Position numbers and translations under genes: made by a program. Shown piece after piece: positions 57,721 to 64,000 of a stretch of 64,000 nucleotides of DNA (position 1 is its first letter; each line of letters starts with the position of its first letter). The stretch lies in NCBI RefSeq assembly GCF_009914755.1, contig NC_060925.1; one strand, 5' to 3'. The notes beneath the pieces are model-generated. The model made no database searches and was not told where the DNA came from. It was given only the letters and a program-made list of their open reading frames with translations. The DNA is from the human T2T-CHM13v2.0 reference genome, Homo sapiens.

Positions 57721-58814
57721 GATTATGGTTTAGAATCTTGTTTCAATTAAAAATCAGAATTTAAAAACGTAGATGTCTGTGTTTCACCCCAAACCCAGTG
57801 AGCCAGACTATCTGGGTATGGGTTAGTATTCTGACAGTTTTTATTGTTTTTAAAGAAGAAAAAGTTGCCAAGGATTTGAGATGACTTGTGCTAATATTTT
57901 GTAGGGAATGATGCCAAAAACACAAGCATAGCATAACCAACCCCTTCTGAGATTTCTCTTTCTCTTAAAGTTTTCAGTAAATACACTACCCAGCTACTAT
58001 TTATTGTTTCGTGATTTCTGATGTTCCTTGTCATTGTTTTCCCATTCCTCAGTTTCAATTTGATAATACACAAAGACTAAAATCTAAACACCATCACCTC
58101 ATTGTTTTATAAGCTGACTCAGCCATTGTGTTGCGATTTTGGGCAAGTCTTTTAGCATCCAGCATTACTGTTTTATCTATAAATGAATGGTAATTGCAGA
58201 TGAATTAAATTATATTTAAGGTATAAGAATTGGTTATGTTTGCCTTTAATATCATTTTGCTTAAAAATATCTATTACTATCCTACCTCTAACTTTTTAAG
58301 ATAACATTTTTAAATTTAATGGAATAATTATTTAATTAATATATAGTGATTTTTAGTAATGTGGTTTGTTTCTTGGAGATGCATAGAAAAAAATAGGAAA
58401 GACAAAAATTCAAAATAGAAGTGTGAGGGAGAGGGAGAAATATAAAAATAAAAATAAAAGAGGGTACACTTTATCTTGTAGTCTCTGCTATATTCCATCT
58501 GTTATTTCATAAATAATCTCTATTTAGTCATTAGTCATGAACAAAATACAATTTTTCTTCCTCTTTGAGACAGTAACCCAAGGATGAATGTAACCCAAAG
58601 ATAGAGTGTCTTTGATAATTATATGTCGTATCACGTGTTTATGTTATTACCTTTTTATATATTTGGTGTTTGAAGTCAGATAGAAGACAATAAAGAGAAA
58701 AAGACTGCAATAGGGTGAATCGATTAAAACTTTAAAGAAAATGTTTTAAAAGCAATAAGTTACAGTACATGTCTTTTCATTTAAAATTATGTTCCTAACT
58801 TTTGTTTTATTTGT

Positions 58815-59573
58815 TTGGATCTATGATGTACAATGCAATTCTGACACAAACTACCTGAAGTTAAGCCAAACTTTATGAGTTACTTTAGGGCAGAGACCCT
58901 CAAAAGACTGCTCTCACTCCAGACACCAGCCTCAAACTTGGAGTTTTTAGACTACCTACACTTTTGACCAACTGACTCCAATTCAGGGAGGGAGTTTTCA
59001 TTATCCCCTCTAGTTTGATAACTCACTCTAATGACTCAGAACTCAATGAATCATTATACTTAATTATTATAGTTTTATTATAGCAAAAAATCAAGACCAG
59101 ACAAAAGAATAGATGTATAGGGCAAGGTCTAGAAGGGTCCTAAATTTGAACCTTCCTTTTGTCCTCTGCTCACGGAGTTCAGATGAATCACCCTCCTGGC
59201 ACATCAATGTACAGCTATATGCACATGATATTGCTAACCAGGACAGCTCTCCTGAACATCTATGTCCACAGTTTTTACTGGAATTTCATTACAAAGGCAT
59301 GATTGAATCATTGGTCTTGTGATTAAACTCAATCTATATCCCCACTTCCCTCCCCAAAGGTCAGGCAGATATCACCTTGCTCAAAGCTCTACCCCTGTAA
59401 TCACATGGTTGGTCTTTTTGATGTGCCCACTTCCCATTCTGAGTTGTGTAGTTAACATAAACTCAGGCATGGCCAAAGTAGCCTACCATAAATAACAAAA
59501 AAATTCCTATCGCTTGGAAACTTTTGAGAGTTTTTGGAACCAAAGAAAAAGACCAGACAAATAATTATACAAC
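58815..59573 (-). mobile_element. MER21-family LTR
   Basis: CAATTCTGACACAAACTACCTGAAGTTA..AGTTTGATAA..GGCATGATTGA..TAATCACATGGTTGGT..ATAACAAA. Confidence 0.8.
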
Positions 59574-60540
59574 AGATTAAAAATAATAATTTGATCTAAC
59601 TATATCTGCATACATTTTGTTAGAATCTACTTGCTAGCAATTTACTTGAGGGATAATGAAATAGTGTGAATTACATTGTGTAATGCTAAACTATTATGGA
59701 TATTTTTTCACTCAAACAATAAATCTATGGTTAAAACACATTTGTCACTTCCTGTAGCACAAGTATTAAGTTACCAACTTGCCATTTCTAATGTGGAGTT
59801 GGGAAGAGATGTACTGGTTCTTGCCAACTTGCCAGAGCTATATCCAGCATATCACTGACTGAAAGCACTATATAATTCCAGAATTGATTTATTCATTATG
59901 ACATATTTCAATGTTTTAACTTTAAATGAATGTAAGAATAGATAATAATTCATATGTGTTTTAACTCAGCAGTTTGCTTCCCAAATAACAGTTCATGATC
60001 CAGCTGGATTTTAACCAGTTATATAAGTTAATGTTTCAGATACTCCTTCCCAATAATTGAGCTGGAAGACAGTATCCATACAATTGATTAAGCTCCTTTT
60101 TCCTGGAATACTAAAAACTTATTGCTGTATTACAGCTCTAATAACACAGAGCTCTCTATTGTTTGTGCTGCTACATAACACTGACTTTTTTCTGTGCCAA
60201 CTATAGTATTTGCGTTTTTCTTGGTATTGCAGTGGAATAATGCAGTGGTGGCATTTTACCTACAAATGATTTCTCCTGGGAAATTAGATATGTCTAGCTT
60301 AAGGTTTTTAAAGTGGATAGTGAAACAAAGAGTAGGAAGACATGATAAATCAGTAGAACATTCCTGACTTAACTTCCTAGCAACTATTCAAATGTTTTTG
60401 CTTTCCAGATCACTATATTGTTATTACTGTTCCTTCGATACTGTTTCTCTCTTCCAAGAAAATCTACTTTTATCCCCCTAAAATAACCTTTACTGTCTAC
60501 ATCATTTATTCGGATTTTGTCTGTTTTTATTCTATGTGTC

Positions 60541-61382
60541 TGTGATGGTTAATTTTAGGTGTCAACTTGTCTAGGCCGTTGTACCCAGGTTTTTGGTCAA
60601 ACACCACTATAAATGTTGGTGTGAAGATATTTTTTGAATGTGATTGATATTTAAATTAATAGATTTTGAGTGAAGTGAATTATCCCCCCCCCCATAATGT
60701 GGGTAGGCCTCATTAGTCACTTGAAGGTCTTAAGAGCAAAGACTGAGGTCACTGAGGAAAAACGAAGTCTGGCTCCACATTGCTTTTGTACCTGAGCTGC
60801 TGTCATGCTGAACCCCTATAGACTCCAGTGGGTTTGGCGCCAGGTTCAAGAGGCCAAAGACCTAGAGCCAGCAAACAATACATGGAGTTTAATCAGGGGC
60901 TTAGAGTCCAGTGGCAGCAGTCTGGGCAGGAGAACCACAACTGCTTGCAAAAAGCATGGAGCTTATATAGCATTTTCACTTGGTATACTCCCCGTAACAA
61001 CTTCCACCTTCATTCAATCCAGAACTCGGGCCTCGAGCCCCTATAGAACTTGTGTTCCATGGAATGGACCTGGGTCTCAGTTGTCCTTTACAGACAATGA
61101 ACGAATCTCCTGGTTGGCCACTCCTGGATTCTCTAGCTTGGAACACATATTCAGGTGAGTCTGTCATACAGGGCGATTCTCAGGGTGTGATTAAGTTATT
61201 GCTATCGGGCATGTTTACCATACAGCTGCAACATCAACTCTTGGGCCCTTTTCCTGTCAGTCTGCCTGCAGACTTCAGATTTGCCAGCACCCACAATTAC
61301 GTGAGCTGGTTCTTTACATCTCAAAATATATATACTTACACAGCCTATTGTTCTGTTTCTCTGAAGATCCCTTACTAATACA
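60541..61382 (+). mobile_element. MLT2 (MLT2D-like) ERVL LTR split by LTR47
   Basis: TGTGATGGTTAATTTTAGGTGTCAACTTG..TTCTGTTTCTCTG..ACTAATACA; TSD GTGTC/GTGTT. Confidence 0.9.
60801..61224 (-). mobile_element. LTR47-like ERVL solo LTR
   Basis: Reverse TGTATGGTAAAC..GATAGCAATAACTTAA..CCCTGAGAAT; perfect 5-bp TSD GCTGC. Confidence 0.85.
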
Positions 61383-62899
61383 GTGTTTGTAGTTACTTCT
61401 TGTCTATTTCATGAGCAAAACAACTATACAAATACTCAAAGGCAAGGACCAAGTAAAACGTTAACGTATATAGAAGACAAACCCATGTACAAGGAGCAAA
61501 TACTAGCTCTCAGGGAATCAGAAACAAATTCATGACTTGTTTAAAAAGACCGTTTATTTTCATTTATATCTAAAGAAAATTTCTTATAGAAAAATAGACT
61601 ATATATGCATAAAATATGACACTTAATCTAAATGCAACATGAATATGCCAGTAACCACATGTACACAAAATGTACACAATCTGGGGGAAATAAAGACATT
61701 CCTAAAAATGACAAACAAGTGCCATGAGTTCATATAAATAGTACAAGCACAATTTTCCATCCTTGATCAGTTCACTTGGATTATCTGAAGCACCTCATTG
61801 TCTGCCAGCTGTCAGATGTGTTTTTAATTAGGCACTAATGGAGTAATATATGTATGTAAACCATTTAAATCGTGTTCCAGTTTACAAGGACATCTGTGAG
61901 GTGGAAAGTGAGAATCCTTGATCTTGCCAGACGTTACAAATTATAAAACTATAAAACATGAAACTCAGGTACTCAGAATGACTCAATTTAAAACAGGGGA
62001 AGGTGCTATTAAGAAGGTTAAAAAGGATATTTTACTCACTTAGGGAAAAATAAGTGGTTTCTTTTTCTCTAGTTTTTCTTTAAAGCTATGTTTTTGCATT
62101 GCTGTAATGCTTTAGTGTAACGTACAACTAAGTGTCTCTTAGTGTTCTGATATGCTTGAAACTTAGACTTTAAGTAAAATTTTGAAAAAAAAAAGTGGAA
62201 TTTTTGGTTCAATTTATGTCAACAAATAAAGATAAAAAGTGAACTACTCTGTCACACAAAGTACCTTACATCCAGCAGATTTCAAGAATGTTTTGGTTAA
62301 TTTTAATTCAAAGATTATTTACAACTGCTGAAAGAACTGGATATGGAAAGAGCTTACCTTAGATCCATGCATGTAAATAACAACCGTATTCTTTTTTTTT
62401 CTTTTTTTTGGTCGGGGGAGCTTTAGTACAACTGAGGCCAATTGTAAAGGTGGAAAATGAGGCATTTTTTTTTAATCACCCATTTTTGTGATTCAGTTCT
62501 CTGAGACTTCTATATTCAGAAATGCTTTTAGCAGGTAGTAGTTATCCATTTATTTTTAAGTAACTAATCATAAGGGATTCAATCTTTCCTTTGTTCTTCA
62601 GTGTCTATAAAGTACCACACCCAACAGCCATGTGCCCAGTTCCCTATAACTAGAGGAGACCAGCAACTCCTCTGTTGTGGGATCTGTCTGTGATCTGTGG
62701 GAGATCAGAGCATTACCAGGCCCTGACTGCTTAATCTTTGTGGTTTAATTACCCAATCACCAGTTAATAACACACCTTTAAAAAGAGTTACAGTTATGTG
62801 AACATAAGTGGGAATATGTTACTCAAACTAAACTTGAGTGAATGAAGGGAGATAATCTTCCCAATGGAGGATCATGGTTTTATGATGCCAAATTCAAGG

Positions 62900-63045
62900 G
62901 TGGTGACTCTGGCTGCTCATTAGACTCAATTGGAAAGCCTTATAAAATAGCAGTGACAGGACCCATCCCATACCATTGTAGCCTGATTTCTGGGGTGAGA
63001 CCTAGGCATGTGAGTTGCAAAAGCAGCTATGGTGTTTCAGATGCA
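62900..63045. mobile_element. MER5-like remnant
   Basis: CTGGCTGCTCATTAGA..TCTGGGGTGAGACCTAGGCAT. Confidence 0.5.
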
Positions 63046-63309
63046 CAATTACCATAAGAAGGTAATATTTAAAAGTCACAATGAATACTGTAAGAAAAAG
63101 GACTGAGGACTCTTGAAGAGGAAGGAATTCTACCTTTGGTTTGTCCTTCTATAAAATATCATTACACAAAACTGTAATTGTGAAAAACAGTTGAAAAATG
63201 GCATGCAGATTCCACACAAAAAATAAGTGTGGCAGATTGGGAGGTATGTGCTCTGGTCTACCTGAAGTCCATCTTCATATGATGCTTCTGTAAATATTAG
63301 ACCATAAAT

Positions 63310-63482
63310 ATCAAATTTAGGTGTGCATATGTATCATCTAGCCTGCCGGGTAAACGTGTATATTTGCAGGTGAACCACAGAGTTTCAGAATCTGCAGAAT
63401 GGGGTGATATCCAGGAAACTAAATTTATTTTAATATCACGAGCAATTCTGATTCAAGTGGTCTTTGAGTAATTAAGAAACCC
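63310..63482. mobile_element. MER5-like remnant
   Basis: CCACAGAGTTTCAGA..CCAGGAAAC..ATTCTGATTCAAGTGGTC. Confidence 0.5.
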
Positions 63483-63561
63483 AGACAAAAGGATTCAACT
63501 AAACCAGCCATGATGGACTCTTTCAGGGCACAATAAATAATAATTTGCTTTAAAAATAATG

Positions 63562-63743
63562 AAAATACAAAAAAATTAGCCAGGCGTGGTGGTGGCTACT
63601 TGGGAGGCTGAGGCAGGAGAATGGCGTCAACCCAGGAGGCGGAGCTTGCAGTGAGCCGAGATCGCGCCACTGCATTCCAGCCTGGGCAACACAGCAAGAC
63701 TCCGTCTCAAAAAAAAAAAACAAAAAAAAAAAAAGAAAGAAAA
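63562..63743 (+). mobile_element. AluY right arm (5'-truncated, ~19-bp internal deletion)
   Basis: AATGGCGT, GGAGCTTGCAG; A-rich tail. Confidence 0.92.
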
Positions 63744-63789
63744 GACAGCAGAAAATCTTAGCGAGCTAAGGAAAAAAAAAAAAAAAAAT

Positions 63790-64000
63790 GCCGGCCCCGG
63801 TGGCTCACGCCTGTAATCCCAGCACTTTGGGAGGCCGAGGCGGGTGGATCATGAAGTCAGGAGATCAAGACCATCCTGGCTAATACGGTGAAACCCCGTC
63901 TCTACTAAAAATACAAAAAATACAAAAAAAAAAAAAAAATTAGCCGGGCGTGGTGGCAGACGCCTGTAGTCTCAGCTGCTTGGGAGGCTGAGGCAGGAGA
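63790..64000 (+). mobile_element. AluY, cut by window end, expanded linker
   Basis: GGAGATCAAGACCATCCTGGCTAA, CCTGTAGTC. Confidence 0.93.

Noticed and set aside
60805-61378. Overlapping ORFs of 63-117 aa
   Set aside because: Entirely within LTR47/MLT2 LTR sequence
62842-63057. 71-aa Gly/Cys-containing ORF
   Set aside because: Overlaps a MER5-like remnant; no splice context or recognisable domain

Overview
This is AT-rich, CpG-depleted primate nuclear DNA, almost certainly human: it carries an AluYa5 with all five diagnostic bases and an AluYb8 with the 7-bp duplication. I see no supportable protein-coding gene, structural RNA gene, CpG island or CRISPR array, and I cannot identify the locus. 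The ORF track consists of Alu-, L1-, LTR- and microsatellite-derived or random frames. The window is intergenic or deep intronic and is dominated by transposable elements. These include about 13 Alu/FLAM elements, a near full-length but internally rearranged L1PA15/16-like element (48.1-54.5 kb), several older L1/L2/MIR fragments, DNA-transposon MITEs (MER30 x2, MER47, MER3, MER5), and a dense ERV/MaLR cluster at 13.6-25.5 kb with triple nesting. Family names come from recalled consensus sequences, not from a search. I found no evidence of a new multi-gene system. The most interesting signals are mechanistic: (1) an inversion, deletion and hairpin rearrangement linking a MER30 and its host L1; (2) a candidate Alu 3' transduction; (3) a ~68-bp twin-primed L1 insertion; (4) short local templated duplications; (5) a chimeric AluS/AluY with intact TSDs; (6) a pair of strong minus-strand splice donors beside a young AluYa5 that may belong to a non-coding transcript.
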